Shown: positions 54,496-63,517 of the stretch, piece by piece | Layout of the letters: the number at the start of each line of letters is the position of its first letter | Numbering within the stretch: position 1 is the first letter of the stretch | Assembly (NCBI GenBank): GCA_001778095.1 | Contig: MFGA01000020.1 | Coordinates: 75,805 to 139,804, forward strand | DNA length: 64,000 nucleotides | From: Candidatus Falkowbacteria bacterium RIFOXYA2_FULL_38_12 | GTDB lineage: Bacteria; Patescibacteriota; Patescibacteriia; XYB2-FULL-38-15 | Direction: 5' to 3' | Made by a program: the position numbers and the translations under genes | The notes under the pieces: generated by a model | What the model was told of the DNA's origin: nothing | Database searches by the model: none | Seen by the model: the letters and a program-made list of their open reading frames with translations, nothing else

Positions 54496-54570
54496 ACTAA
54501 GAGGAAAAAGGCAACTTTAAACTTTTAATTGTAACTTTTCACTTCTCATTTTTAACCTTTAACTTAATAC
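54496..54570. repeat. AAAGTGAAAA/GTTAAAAGT element (reverse-arm words only)
   Basis: ggcaactttaaacttttaattgtaacttttcacttctcatttttaacctttaactt, ending 8 nt before the ATG. Confidence 0.6.
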
Positions 54571-54571
54571 T

Positions 54572-55270
54572 ATGTTTGACCAACAACCAGACGACATGTT
54601 TGCCGGAACTGAGCCGGCGAAACAACAAACCTTAAATCCAAATCAAAGGCCGGCTGGCCCCGTCGCGGCCGTAAAGCCAATCTCTCCCACCCCTAATTCA
54701 ATGCCAGTAAATCCCGCTCCTTCACCGATTTCTCGAGATATGTTGGGTGATGAAGAGCCTCAAATTGGCGGAGGTAATAAAAAAGTTTTTTTAGGCATTA
54801 TCGCAGTGGTAGTCGTTTTAATTCTAGGAATTGGCGGATATTTTTTGTGGAGACAGTTATCAACCCCCACTACGCAAGTTTTGGAGAATGGTCCTATTAA
54901 TACTGTTCCCCCGATTACTACGCCCGAAGAGCCGGTTGCGCCGGAAGAAATTGAAGAACCAATCGGTGGTTTGTCCGGCAATGAAATTTCTCCGGACGAA
55001 GCAGTGGCGGATGTAGACACAGATATGGATGGTATTATAGACGACGAAGAACTTAATCTAGGTACGAATCCGATGAAAGTTGATTCTGATGATGACGGAT
55101 TGACTGACAGGGAAGAAGCAAAAATATACAAAACAGATCCATTAAATCCGGATACTGACGGAGATACTTATGGAGATGGACAAGAAGTTAGAGGCGGATA
55201 TAATCCAAACGGTTCAGGAAAGCTTTATGAATTGCCGGTGAATAACGTGGAGAGCGAAGTAGTTGAATAA
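54572..55270 (+). CDS. TM-anchored Pro-rich protein with C-terminal thrombospondin-type-3-like repeats
   Basis: TM helix. DTDMDGIIDDEE...DSDDDGLTDREE...DPLNPDTDGDTYGDGQEVRGGYNPNGSGKL. Confidence 0.5.
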   Translation: MFDQQPDDMFAGTEPAKQQTLNPNQRPAGPVAAVKPISPTPNSMPVNPAPSPISRDMLGDEEPQIGGGNKKVFLGIIAVVVVLILGIGGYFLWRQLSTPTTQVLENGPINTVPPITTPEEPVAPEEIEEPIGGLSGNEISPDEAVADVDTDMDGIIDDEELNLGTNPMKVDSDDDGLTDREEAKIYKTDPLNPDTDGDTYGDGQEVRGGYNPNGSGKLYELPVNNVESEVVE

Positions 55271-55311
55271 TCTTCTACGAAATTATCGAAAAGTACGAAA
55301 GTTAGCAAGTT

Positions 55312-55390
55312 CCTCCCCTTTGACAGGGGAGGCGAGGAGGGGATGATTATTCAAGTCACCCTCCCCTAACCCCTCCCGTCAAGGGAGGGG
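55312..55390. repeat. paired GC-rich hairpin element (CCCCTCCC-loop-GGGAGGGG family)
   Basis: CCTCCCC-tttgaca-GGGGAGG and CCCCTCCC-gtcaa-GGGAGGGG. Same family as 34990..35080. Confidence 0.65.
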
Positions 55391-55433
55391 AACACTGCTA
55401 ATCTGCTTATAGACTTATTAGCTAAATTTAAAT

Positions 55434-56486
55434 ATGTTTGGAATTGGAAAAAAATCAGCCACGCCGGTTATTGATCCCGAAGGAATTGCCATAAAGGTGA
55501 TGCCCGAGGAGTTTTATTCTAAAAAAGGTAGTATGAGTCGGCCGGCTAGCGAAGAGCCAAGAACGGCGAGTATTTTGCCCCCACCCATTCCTTCTCCCGC
55601 GAGTCCCGTCTCTGCCCCGTTTGATCCCAACAGGCAACAACTTGCTACCCCGCGAGAGAAACCAACGTTGATTATTGTTTTGATTGCCGTGGCAGTCCTT
55701 TTGATTGGTGGCGCTATTTTTCTTTTTATCCAAAGCTTGAATATAGGAAAAGAACCGGTTAAAAGCGAGCCCATTGTTGAAGAAGAGCCAATAAAAGAAC
55801 CTCCGGCTCCTCCCGCTCCTATTTGTGGCGATGGGCAATGCGAAGATGACGAGAATTCAATAAGTTGTCTTTCCGATTGTCCGCTTCCGCCAGAACCAGA
55901 ACCCGTGGCTCCGGTTATTTTGCCAATGGCTCCCGACAGTGACGGAGATGGATTAACGAGTATGGAGGAAGAACTTTTTGGAGTAAGTGGCGAAAATTCG
56001 GACACGGATAGTGATGGTTATAAAGATGGGTTGGAAGTAATTAATTTGTATAATCCTTCGGGCTTTGCCCCTCAAAAAATAGAAGAAACAAAGCTAGTTG
56101 AAATTTATAAAAACCCAACATACAATTTTCAAGTTTTCTATCCGAAGAATTGGTTAGCCGGAGCTCTTAATGAAACCAACGAGGAAATAATGATCACGTC
56201 AGCAACGGGAGAATTTATTCAAATTATTGTTGTCGAAAATAAGGAAGGATTAGCTCTAATGGATTGGTATCTCGAAAAAGCGCCGGAGGTAAAACCGGCA
56301 GACGTGGGAACGGCTGCGACGAAAAACGGATTATTCGGTATTAAAACCCCGGATGAGTTGACGGCATATTTTAGTATCGGAGAAAAAATATTTGCTATCA
56401 GTTATAATGTTGGAGTAAAAACAGAATTAAACTATAAAAGCACTTTTGAAATGATTATAAGAAGTTTTAAAGTCAATGTTCGGTAA
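55434..56486 (+). CDS. TM-anchored Pro-rich protein with thrombospondin-type-3-like repeats and C-terminal globular domain
   Basis: TM helix. CGDGQCEDDENSISCLSDC. DSDGDGLTSMEEE...DTDSDGYKDGLEVINLYNPSG. Additional ~150-aa C-terminal domain. Confidence 0.5.
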   Translation: MFGIGKKSATPVIDPEGIAIKVMPEEFYSKKGSMSRPASEEPRTASILPPPIPSPASPVSAPFDPNRQQLATPREKPTLIIVLIAVAVLLIGGAIFLFIQSLNIGKEPVKSEPIVEEEPIKEPPAPPAPICGDGQCEDDENSISCLSDCPLPPEPEPVAPVILPMAPDSDGDGLTSMEEELFGVSGENSDTDSDGYKDGLEVINLYNPSGFAPQKIEETKLVEIYKNPTYNFQVFYPKNWLAGALNETNEEIMITSATGEFIQIIVVENKEGLALMDWYLEKAPEVKPADVGTAATKNGLFGIKTPDELTAYFSIGEKIFAISYNVGVKTELNYKSTFEMIIRSFKVNVR

Positions 56487-56488
56487 CT

Positions 56489-56908
56489 ATGAGCCATGAA
56501 ATTGAAGTTAATCAAAAAATCGGAGAAAAGATAACAAAAATAAAACTGGAAAAAGTTGTCGCAGAAGCGTTAAAAATAATTGGCAGGAAAAGCGGAAAAA
56601 TTTCCGTTGCCATTGTCGGAGACAACGAAATAAAAAAGCTTAACAAAAAATATCGCGACAAAGACAAGGTGACTGATGTTTTAAGTTTTGGTTATAGCGC
56701 CAGCCCGCTTCTTGGGGAAATAGTCATTTGTCTTCCTCAAGTAAAGCGTCAGGCCAAAGAAAATAATATTGACTGGGAAAATGAATTGATTTTTATGTTA
56801 ATCCATGGGGTTTTGCATCTTTGCGGTTACGATCACGAGAAGAGTGAAAAAGAAGCGCGCGAAATGGAAGGCTTGCAGAAAAAGATTTACGAAAAAATTA
56901 TAAAATAA
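56489..56908 (+). CDS. ybeY: rRNA maturation RNase YbeY
   Basis: HGVLHLCGYDHE metal-binding motif. 139 aa. Confidence 0.85.
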   Translation: MSHEIEVNQKIGEKITKIKLEKVVAEALKIIGRKSGKISVAIVGDNEIKKLNKKYRDKDKVTDVLSFGYSASPLLGEIVICLPQVKRQAKENNIDWENELIFMLIHGVLHLCGYDHEKSEKEAREMEGLQKKIYEKIIK

Positions 56909-56912
56909 TTTT

Positions 56913-57302
56913 ATGCTGAGCCTAGCAAGATTTATTCGAAGTTTTCGTTACTCTCTCAAGGGTTTATCTCAAATTTTTAGAGAGGAACACAGTTTTCGTA
57001 TTCAAGTTTTTATAGGATTATTAGTTTTAATTTTGTCTTTGGGTTTTAATATTAAAGTATGGGAGTTGGTCGTAGTTGTTTTAGTGATGACTTTGATCTT
57101 TGTTCTTGAACTTATAAATAGCGTTTTGGAAAGATTTGTTGATGTTTTAAAGCCCAGACTTCATCCGTATGTGGAAAGCAGTAAAGATATGATGGCAGCG
57201 GTTGTTCTGATTTTTTCCATTGGCGCGATCCTAATCGGTTTGTTGATTTTTACGCCTTATTTTATAAATTTGTTCAGTAATATAAGCAAAATATCGTTCT
57301 AA
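56913..57302 (+). CDS. dgkA: diacylglycerol kinase / undecaprenol kinase (DgkA family)
   Basis: Three TM helices. N-terminal amphipathic segment. Conserved E..N...E motif region. Follows ybeY as in many bacteria. Confidence 0.75.
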   Translation: MLSLARFIRSFRYSLKGLSQIFREEHSFRIQVFIGLLVLILSLGFNIKVWELVVVVLVMTLIFVLELINSVLERFVDVLKPRLHPYVESSKDMMAAVVLIFSIGAILIGLLIFTPYFINLFSNISKISF

Positions 57303-57361
57303 AGACTAATCTCTGATAAAATTTTGAATAATTTGTCAAAATTTTTTTAATATCTTATAAT

Positions 57362-57520
57362 AGACCTGTCGCATAACAATTCTTTCTACTGCAACTGGTA
57401 ATTTTGGCTAAAAATTTACAAAAGCTCTTCCGCTTATCCTATGGATAAACATCATCGCTTTTCTAAATTTATCCTAAAATTACTGCGTTTCGTAACGAAA
57501 AATTGTTATACGACAGGTCT
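57362..57520 (+). repeat. ~160-nt structured repeat, copy 3
   Basis: Terminal inverted repeat AGACCTGTCGCATAACAATT / AATTGTTATACGACAGGTCT. Internal sequence ~90% identical to copy 2. Confidence 0.8.
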
Positions 57521-57552
57521 AATAATAAAACTTAATTTCGGAAGGTTCTAAT

Positions 57553-58791
57553 ATGAGGAGTGAAATAATAACAGGTTTAGACCTTGGGTCAACTACCACT
57601 AGAGTAGTGGTTGCCCAAAGAGATGAAAACGGCTTGCCTAGAATTATTGCTGCTGTGGAAACCCCGTCGGAAGGTATCTCTAAAGGGGCGATTTCAAGCG
57701 TTGAAGATGTGACATCAAGCATTGCTGCCGCTTTTGAAACGGCAGAAAGAATTACGGGAGTTCCTCTTGAAAAAGTTTGGGTAGGTGTTTCCGGCGGTCA
57801 TATAATTTTTCAAAAAAGCAAGGGAGTTGTTGCCGTTGCTAGGATAAATGGAGAAATAGACGAAGGGGATGTGGAGCGGGTGATAGAAGCCTCTAGAACG
57901 GTCGCTTGTCCTCCTAATTTTGAAGTATTGCATGTTATTCCAAGATCATTTTCCATTGATAATCAAACAAATATCAAGGATCCTATTGGAATGAGCGGAG
58001 TAAGGCTTGAGGTTGAAACTCAAATTATTCAAGGAATGGGGACGCATCTTAAAAATCTAACCAAATGTATTTATAGAACAGGTGTTGACATTGAAGACGC
58101 AGTTCTTTCCATTTTGGCGGCCTCTGAAGCTGTCTGCACTCCTCACCAAAAAGAGCTTGGAGTGGCAGTGGTCAATATTGGTCGTTCTTCAACCGAAGTG
58201 GCTGTTTTTGAAGGGGGAGATCTTATTCATATCGGATTTTTGCCTATTGGCGGAGAATTTATTACTTCCGATATTGCGATCGGCTTGAGAACATCTCTAG
58301 AAGCGGCGGAAAAAATAAAATTGGAATACGGCACAGCTTCATCCAAAGATATGAACAAAAAAGACGAAATCAATCTGGGTGATTTTGATCCTACTGAAAA
58401 TACTTTGGTTTCCAAAAAATATATTTCCGAAATTATAGAAGCTCGCGTTGAGGAAATTTTTGAAAAAGTTGACGAAGAATTAAAACGTATTGATCGAAGC
58501 GGTCTTTTACCTTCAGGGGTCATCTTGATTGGCTCTACGGCGAAACTGCCGGGGATTATTGAAGTGGCGAAAAGAAAGTTAAGATTACCGGTTGCTCTCG
58601 GATTCCCCAAAAAGATTATCAGCGTGATTGATAAAGTAAACGATATCTCTTTTGTTCCGGCCTTGGGATTGGCTCTTTGGGGAAATGCGGTCTATGATGA
58701 TAGGGGAGGGAGAAGTTTTCTTTCTAGATTTAAAGGAGTCGGACGGATTACGGATAAGATAAAAAAAATGTTTAAATCATTGATGCCGTAG
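57553..58791 (+). CDS. ftsA: cell division protein FtsA
   Basis: Actin-fold phosphate 1 motif GLDLGSTTTRVVV. 412 aa. Immediately upstream of ftsZ. Confidence 0.85.
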   Translation: MRSEIITGLDLGSTTTRVVVAQRDENGLPRIIAAVETPSEGISKGAISSVEDVTSSIAAAFETAERITGVPLEKVWVGVSGGHIIFQKSKGVVAVARINGEIDEGDVERVIEASRTVACPPNFEVLHVIPRSFSIDNQTNIKDPIGMSGVRLEVETQIIQGMGTHLKNLTKCIYRTGVDIEDAVLSILAASEAVCTPHQKELGVAVVNIGRSSTEVAVFEGGDLIHIGFLPIGGEFITSDIAIGLRTSLEAAEKIKLEYGTASSKDMNKKDEINLGDFDPTENTLVSKKYISEIIEARVEEIFEKVDEELKRIDRSGLLPSGVILIGSTAKLPGIIEVAKRKLRLPVALGFPKKIISVIDKVNDISFVPALGLALWGNAVYDDRGGRSFLSRFKGVGRITDKIKKMFKSLMP

Positions 58792-58876
58792 AAGTAAATT
58801 AAGTGCGTGAGTAAATTAAGCGAGTTAAGCAATAACTTAATTTACTTAATTTACTTAGTCCTAAATTTACTCAAAT

Positions 58877-60106
58877 ATGCCAGAAATAAAACCAGAGATT
58901 GAAACGTTTGCCAAGATTAAAGTGATTGGCGTTGGTGGAGCGGGAGGATCGGCGATAAACAGGATGGTAAAGTCAAAAATCAAAGGAGTTGAATTTATAG
59001 TTGCCAATACTGATGTTCAGGCGCTTCATTATTCAGAAGCCCCGGTCAGGTTGCATGTAGGAAAAACGGTAACTAGGGGGTTGGGGGCAGGGATGGATCC
59101 GGAGATTGGTAAAAAGGCGGCCGAAGAAAGCCAAAATGAAATCAGAGACATTTTAAAGGGAGCAGACATGGTTTTTGTTACTTGCGGATTGGGTGGAGGA
59201 ACGGGAACAGGCGCTGCGCCGATTATTGCCCAAATCGCTCGGGATTTGGGAGCGTTAACGGTTGGAGTGGTTACCAGACCATTTGCTTTCGAAGGGGCAC
59301 AGAGGCGAATCAACGCAGATAGAGGATTGGAAGAAATGGAAGGGAAAGTAGATACTCTGATTACTATACCCAATGACAGATTACTTCAGATAATTGATAA
59401 AAAAACCACTCTGCTTGATGCTTTTACAACATGCGATGAGGTATTAAAAAGTGGTGTCCAAGGTATTTCGGAATTAATTACCATACCCGGGTTGATCAAC
59501 GTTGATTTTGCCGACGTTAAGGCGATCATGAAAGACGCCGGATCGGCGATGATGGGCTTGGGCGAGGCAAGTGGTGAAAAACGAGGCGAGGAAGCAGCTA
59601 AAATAGCCATATCAAGCCCATTACTTGAACAATCAATAGAAGGAGCCAGGGGTATACTTTTTACTGTTACTGGCGGGCCGGGATTGGGAATGCATGAAGT
59701 GGCTGAAGCGGCGAAAATTATCACTGGATCAGCGGATCCGGACGCAAAAGTTATTTTCGGAGCTGTCATTAATGAAAACATGAAGGATGCGATAAGGATA
59801 ACAGTTATTGCTACCGGATTTAATGACAGAAAAAAAGCGGTAAGCGATGTGGAAAGTCCGGCTCGTCGCAGTTTTAACCCCAACCCTTTAGTTTCCGATA
59901 AACGTAAAGAGATAGATTGGAGTTCGTCCGGACAATTTCAAAAAAGACCGGTGAAAAAGATAGCTCATTTTGGAGATACGGAAGACAGTGGAATGGAAAT
60001 GGATGACAGTAATAAAAATCAGAATATAAAAAAGGCGATTGATGAAAAAGGAGGAGAGGGAGAGGATTTGGATATCCCCGCTTTTCTAAGAAAAAAAATA
60101 ATGTAA
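58877..60106 (+). CDS. ftsZ: cell division protein FtsZ
   Basis: Tubulin signature GGGTGTG. N-terminal [11 protein letters not shown]7 loop NVDFAD. Confidence 0.95.
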   Translation: MPEIKPEIETFAKIKVIGVGGAGGSAINRMVKSKIKGVEFIVANTDVQALHYSEAPVRLHVGKTVTRGLGAGMDPEIGKKAAEESQNEIRDILKGADMVFVTCGLGGGTGTGAAPIIAQIARDLGALTVGVVTRPFAFEGAQRRINADRGLEEMEGKVDTLITIPNDRLLQIIDKKTTLLDAFTTCDEVLKSGVQGISELITIPGLINVDFADVKAIMKDAGSAMMGLGEASGEKRGEEAAKIAISSPLLEQSIEGARGILFTVTGGPGLGMHEVAEAAKIITGSADPDAKVIFGAVINENMKDAIRITVIATGFNDRKKAVSDVESPARRSFNPNPLVSDKRKEIDWSSSGQFQKRPVKKIAHFGDTEDSGMEMDDSNKNQNIKKAIDEKGGEGEDLDIPAFLRKKIM

Positions 60107-60254
60107 AAATTGAAACTATTTAATGTTAAAATAGCAAGATAATAAGACAGTAAGAGATGTTTACTCAATAGGGCGGAGGAAATAAGGTTTTGAAAATTAA
60201 AAGTTGGGTAATCTGTTGTTTTTATGTTATCTTGTATTTTATTCTCTAAATTTT

Positions 60255-62312
60255 ATGATGTACAGTCAAAATCAAATCAGTCAGATTAAAAAAAGGGATG
60301 GCCGGATTGTTGATTTTGACCAAAATAAAATTATCATAGCAGTTCAAAAGGCGATGGAAGCGGTGGGGGAAAAAGATCCGAAAAAAATACAAAAAATTTC
60401 CGATCAAATTGCCAAGGCTTTAAATAACAAATTTCATTATCGATCCATTCCGGCGATTGAAGAACTGCAAGATATTGTTGAAGAAGTTTTGATAAGATCA
60501 AAACAAATAAAAGCGGCCAAAGCTTATATTTTGTACAGAGATCAACATTCAAAAATTCGCGAATTGAAAGCGTTAGTTGATTCAAATCAGATAATGGGCG
60601 ATTATCTTGATAAACTAGATTGGTTGGTAAAAGAAAACAGCAACATGGCCTATTCTTTGCAGGGCCTGAATAACCATATCAGTTCGGCAATCAGTTCTCA
60701 TTATTGGTTAAATAAAGTTTATCCTCCGGAAATAAGAGATGTTTTTTTGGATGGCGATATTCATATTCACGATATGCAAATTTTAGCGGCATATTGTTGC
60801 GGTTGGGATTTGCAAGATTTATTGGTTAGGGGATTTGGCGGAGTTTCCGGAAAAATAGAATCAAAACCGCCGAATCATTTAAGAACCGCTTTGGGACAAA
60901 TTGTTAACTTTTTCTATACTCTCCAGGGAGAAGTTGCTGGAGCCGAAGCTTTTGCGGATTTTGATACCTACATGGCTCCTTTTATTCGTTATGATAAATT
61001 GAGCTATAAAGACGTTAAACAAGCAATTCAAGAATTTGTTTTTAATCTTAACGTTCCCACCCGTGTCGGTTTTCAAACGCCATTTACCAATATTACAATG
61101 GATTTGAATCCGCCGAGCACAATGGCCGAGGAATCGGTTATTATTGGGGGAAAACCTCAAAAAGAAAAGTATAAAGATTTTCAGCCGGAGATGGATATGA
61201 TCAATAGGGCATTTGCCGAAGTGATGCTTGAGGGTGATGCCAAGGGAAGAGTTTTTTCTTTTCCGATTCCGACCTATAATATCACGCCGGATTTTGAATG
61301 GGACAAAAAGGAACTGGATCCGGTTTGGGAGATGACCGCCAAGTATGGCATTCCTTATTTTGCCAATTTTGTTAATTCCGATATGAAAGCCGAAGACGCG
61401 CGCTCCATGTGTTGCCGATTAAGGCTTGATAATCGCGAGTTAAGAAAAAGAGGCGGAGGATTATTTGGGGCAAATCCATTGACAGGATCAATTGGGGTCG
61501 TAACAATAAACATGCCGAGAATCGGTTATCTCTCCAAAACAAGAACGGAATTTTTTGAAAGACTGGCCAAACTGATGGATTTATCAAGGAAAAGCTTGGA
61601 GATAAAAAGAGAAATCATAGAGAGCCTGACGGATAAAGGACTTTATCCATATTGTCGGCATTATCTCGCTCCGATAAAAGCCAGATTTAATGAATACTGG
61701 AGAAATCATTTTAATACAATCGGATTAATTGGAATGAATGAGGCGTGTCTTAATTTTTTAGGGAAAGACATTACCACGGAAGGTGGGCATGACTTTGCCA
61801 AATCAGTACTTGATTTCATGAGAGAAAGATTAATGGACTATCAGCTTGAAACAAATAATCTTTATAACTTGGAAGCTACTCCGGCTGAAGGGACGTGTTA
61901 TAGCTTGATTAAAAAAGACAAGGCAAAATATCCCGATATTATTTCGGCCAACGAAAAAGCTGTCAAAGAAAACGGGGCTGTTCCGTATTATACAAATTCA
62001 TCTCATCTGCCCGTTGATTTCACTAATGATTTTATAGAAGCGTTAAAGTTGCAAGACGACCTACAAACAAGGTATACTGGAGGTACAGTACTGCACGGTT
62101 TTATTGGAGAACGTTTGCCGTCGGGAGACGCAGCTAAGAAGTTAGTCAGAAAAGTTGCTGAAAATTTTAAATTGCCCTATTTTTCTCTTACGCCAACGTT
62201 CAGCGTTTGTCCAAAACACGGTTATTTATCCGGGGAGCATAAATTTTGCCCGTCGTGCGACGAAGAAATTGGGTACAAAAGTGAAATAGCTGATAAGCAA
62301 GAAAGCAGTTAG
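60255..62312 (+). CDS. nrdD: anaerobic ribonucleoside-triphosphate reductase NrdD, large fragment (ATP-cone, catalytic barrel, Zn ribbon); lacks the glycyl-radical motif
   Basis: N-terminal ATP-cone (ISQIKKRDGRIVDFD...). Conserved class III RNR core. C-terminal CPKHGY...CPSC Zn site, then a stop with no RVxGY glycyl-radical loop. Start chosen at MMYSQ rather than the upstream ATG at 60204. Confidence 0.8.
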   Translation: MMYSQNQISQIKKRDGRIVDFDQNKIIIAVQKAMEAVGEKDPKKIQKISDQIAKALNNKFHYRSIPAIEELQDIVEEVLIRSKQIKAAKAYILYRDQHSKIRELKALVDSNQIMGDYLDKLDWLVKENSNMAYSLQGLNNHISSAISSHYWLNKVYPPEIRDVFLDGDIHIHDMQILAAYCCGWDLQDLLVRGFGGVSGKIESKPPNHLRTALGQIVNFFYTLQGEVAGAEAFADFDTYMAPFIRYDKLSYKDVKQAIQEFVFNLNVPTRVGFQTPFTNITMDLNPPSTMAEESVIIGGKPQKEKYKDFQPEMDMINRAFAEVMLEGDAKGRVFSFPIPTYNITPDFEWDKKELDPVWEMTAKYGIPYFANFVNSDMKAEDARSMCCRLRLDNRELRKRGGGLFGANPLTGSIGVVTINMPRIGYLSKTRTEFFERLAKLMDLSRKSLEIKREIIESLTDKGLYPYCRHYLAPIKARFNEYWRNHFNTIGLIGMNEACLNFLGKDITTEGGHDFAKSVLDFMRERLMDYQLETNNLYNLEATPAEGTCYSLIKKDKAKYPDIISANEKAVKENGAVPYYTNSSHLPVDFTNDFIEALKLQDDLQTRYTGGTVLHGFIGERLPSGDAAKKLVRKVAENFKLPYFSLTPTFSVCPKHGYLSGEHKFCPSCDEEIGYKSEIADKQESS

Positions 62313-62318
62313 CAGGTT

Positions 62319-62341
62319 CTCTCCTTTTTAAAAAGGGAGAG
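62319..62341. terminator. perfect palindromic hairpin between the nrdD fragments (possible terminator/insertion scar)
   Basis: CTCTCCTTTTT/AAAAAGGGAGAG, 7 nt after the nrdD stop. No T-run follows. Confidence 0.4.
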
Positions 62342-62391
62342 CTAGAGAGGGATTTCGAATTTAGAGTTTATTAATAATTATATAAAAAAAT

Positions 62392-62538
62392 ATGGAGGAA
62401 AAAGAAACAAAAAGACAACCATGTGAGGTCTACTCACGAGTGGTGGGCTACTTACGACCAACAAGCCAGTGGAACGACGGGAAAAGGGCGGAATTTGACG
62501 TTAGGCAGGCTTACAACAAGCAATTGCAAGAGGAATAG
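62392..62538 (+). CDS. 48-aa ORF encoding the NrdD glycyl-radical domain as a separate peptide
   Basis: MEEKETKRQPCEVYSRVVGYLRPTSQWNDGKRAEFDVRQAY contains the class III RNR glycyl-radical motif (SR[VI].GY followed by WN.GK..E). Has its own ATG, 80 nt downstream of the nrdD stop. Confidence 0.55.
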   Translation: MEEKETKRQPCEVYSRVVGYLRPTSQWNDGKRAEFDVRQAYNKQLQEE

Positions 62539-62608
62539 AAGGAAAAACATAAGAACATGGGAGCATGGTAACATTTTGTGTTACCATGTTTCATATTAAG
62601 ATAATATT

Positions 62609-63361
62609 ATGCTTCTTGGCGGTTTGCAAAAACTAACTTTAATTGATTATCCGGGTAAAGTCGCCTGTACTGTTTTTACAGTCGGCTGTAATTTTCGTTG
62701 TCCATTTTGTCATAACCCCGAATTGGTAACGCAAAGACGCGAAAATGACCGCAAAGACGCAAAAGAAAAAGAAGGAGTAGTAGATTTTAGTCTGCGCCCA
62801 ATGATTAGCGAAGAGCTTTTTTTTAATTTTTTATCAGAAAGGAAAGGAATTCTTGATGGAGTTTGTGTGACGGGCGGAGAGCCGACCGTTCACGCTGATC
62901 TGGAAATTTTTTTGCGAAAAATAAAAGAAATGGGATTTTTAGTAAAACTGGATACTAATGGAACAAATCCGGAAATTTTGAAAAAACTGCTTGATGAAAA
63001 ATTGCTTGATTATATCGCAATGGACTTAAAAAATAATTTCAAATCTAATTATGCCAAAACGGCTGGTGTAGAAGTCAACATAGAAGATATTAAGAAGAGC
63101 GTGGAAATAATAAGAAACAGTGGGGTTGATTATGAATTTAGAACAACAGTTGTTCCCGGTTTGCACACAAAAGAAGACCTTTTGGCAATAGCGGATGAAA
63201 TTAAGGGAGCGAAAAAATATTATTTACAGCAATTTAAACACGAGCAAAAAATGTTGAATCCGGATTTTAGAGAGGTGACGCCTTATGGTAAAGATTTTTT
63301 GGAAGATATTAGGGAAAAAATAAAAGATTATTTTGAGGTTTGTGAGGTGAGGGGAGAGTGA
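62609..63361 (+). CDS. nrdG: anaerobic ribonucleoside-triphosphate reductase activating protein (radical SAM)
   Basis: CNFRCPFCHNPE (CxxxCxxC), GGEPT motif. Adjacent to nrdD. Confidence 0.8.
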   Translation: MLLGGLQKLTLIDYPGKVACTVFTVGCNFRCPFCHNPELVTQRRENDRKDAKEKEGVVDFSLRPMISEELFFNFLSERKGILDGVCVTGGEPTVHADLEIFLRKIKEMGFLVKLDTNGTNPEILKKLLDEKLLDYIAMDLKNNFKSNYAKTAGVEVNIEDIKKSVEIIRNSGVDYEFRTTVVPGLHTKEDLLAIADEIKGAKKYYLQQFKHEQKMLNPDFREVTPYGKDFLEDIREKIKDYFEVCEVRGE

Positions 63362-63517
63362 TATTTTTTTGCATACTTTTTTAAAATTTGCTTTTTGATA
63401 ATAAGGAAAAATAAGTTTTTTTATTTTTTACATAGGGGCAATAAGGTGTTTTTTCTGCTCGTGGAATTGCATAAAAAATTATTTTTATTTTAAGCCAAAT
63501 TACGCTATAATATAGAT

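Noticed and set aside
4474-54570. Possibility that the recurring AAAGTGAAAAGTT-type repeats are a CRISPR array or its remnants
   Set aside because: Copies are dispersed over 50 kb, are not identical, have no regular repeat-spacer periodicity, and each sits upstream of a gene. No cas genes are present in the window.
62313-62391. Group I/II intron interrupting nrdD (as in phage T4 nrdD)
   Set aside because: The intervening sequence is only ~80 nt, far too short for a self-splicing intron. A small insertion, gene split or bypass is more plausible.
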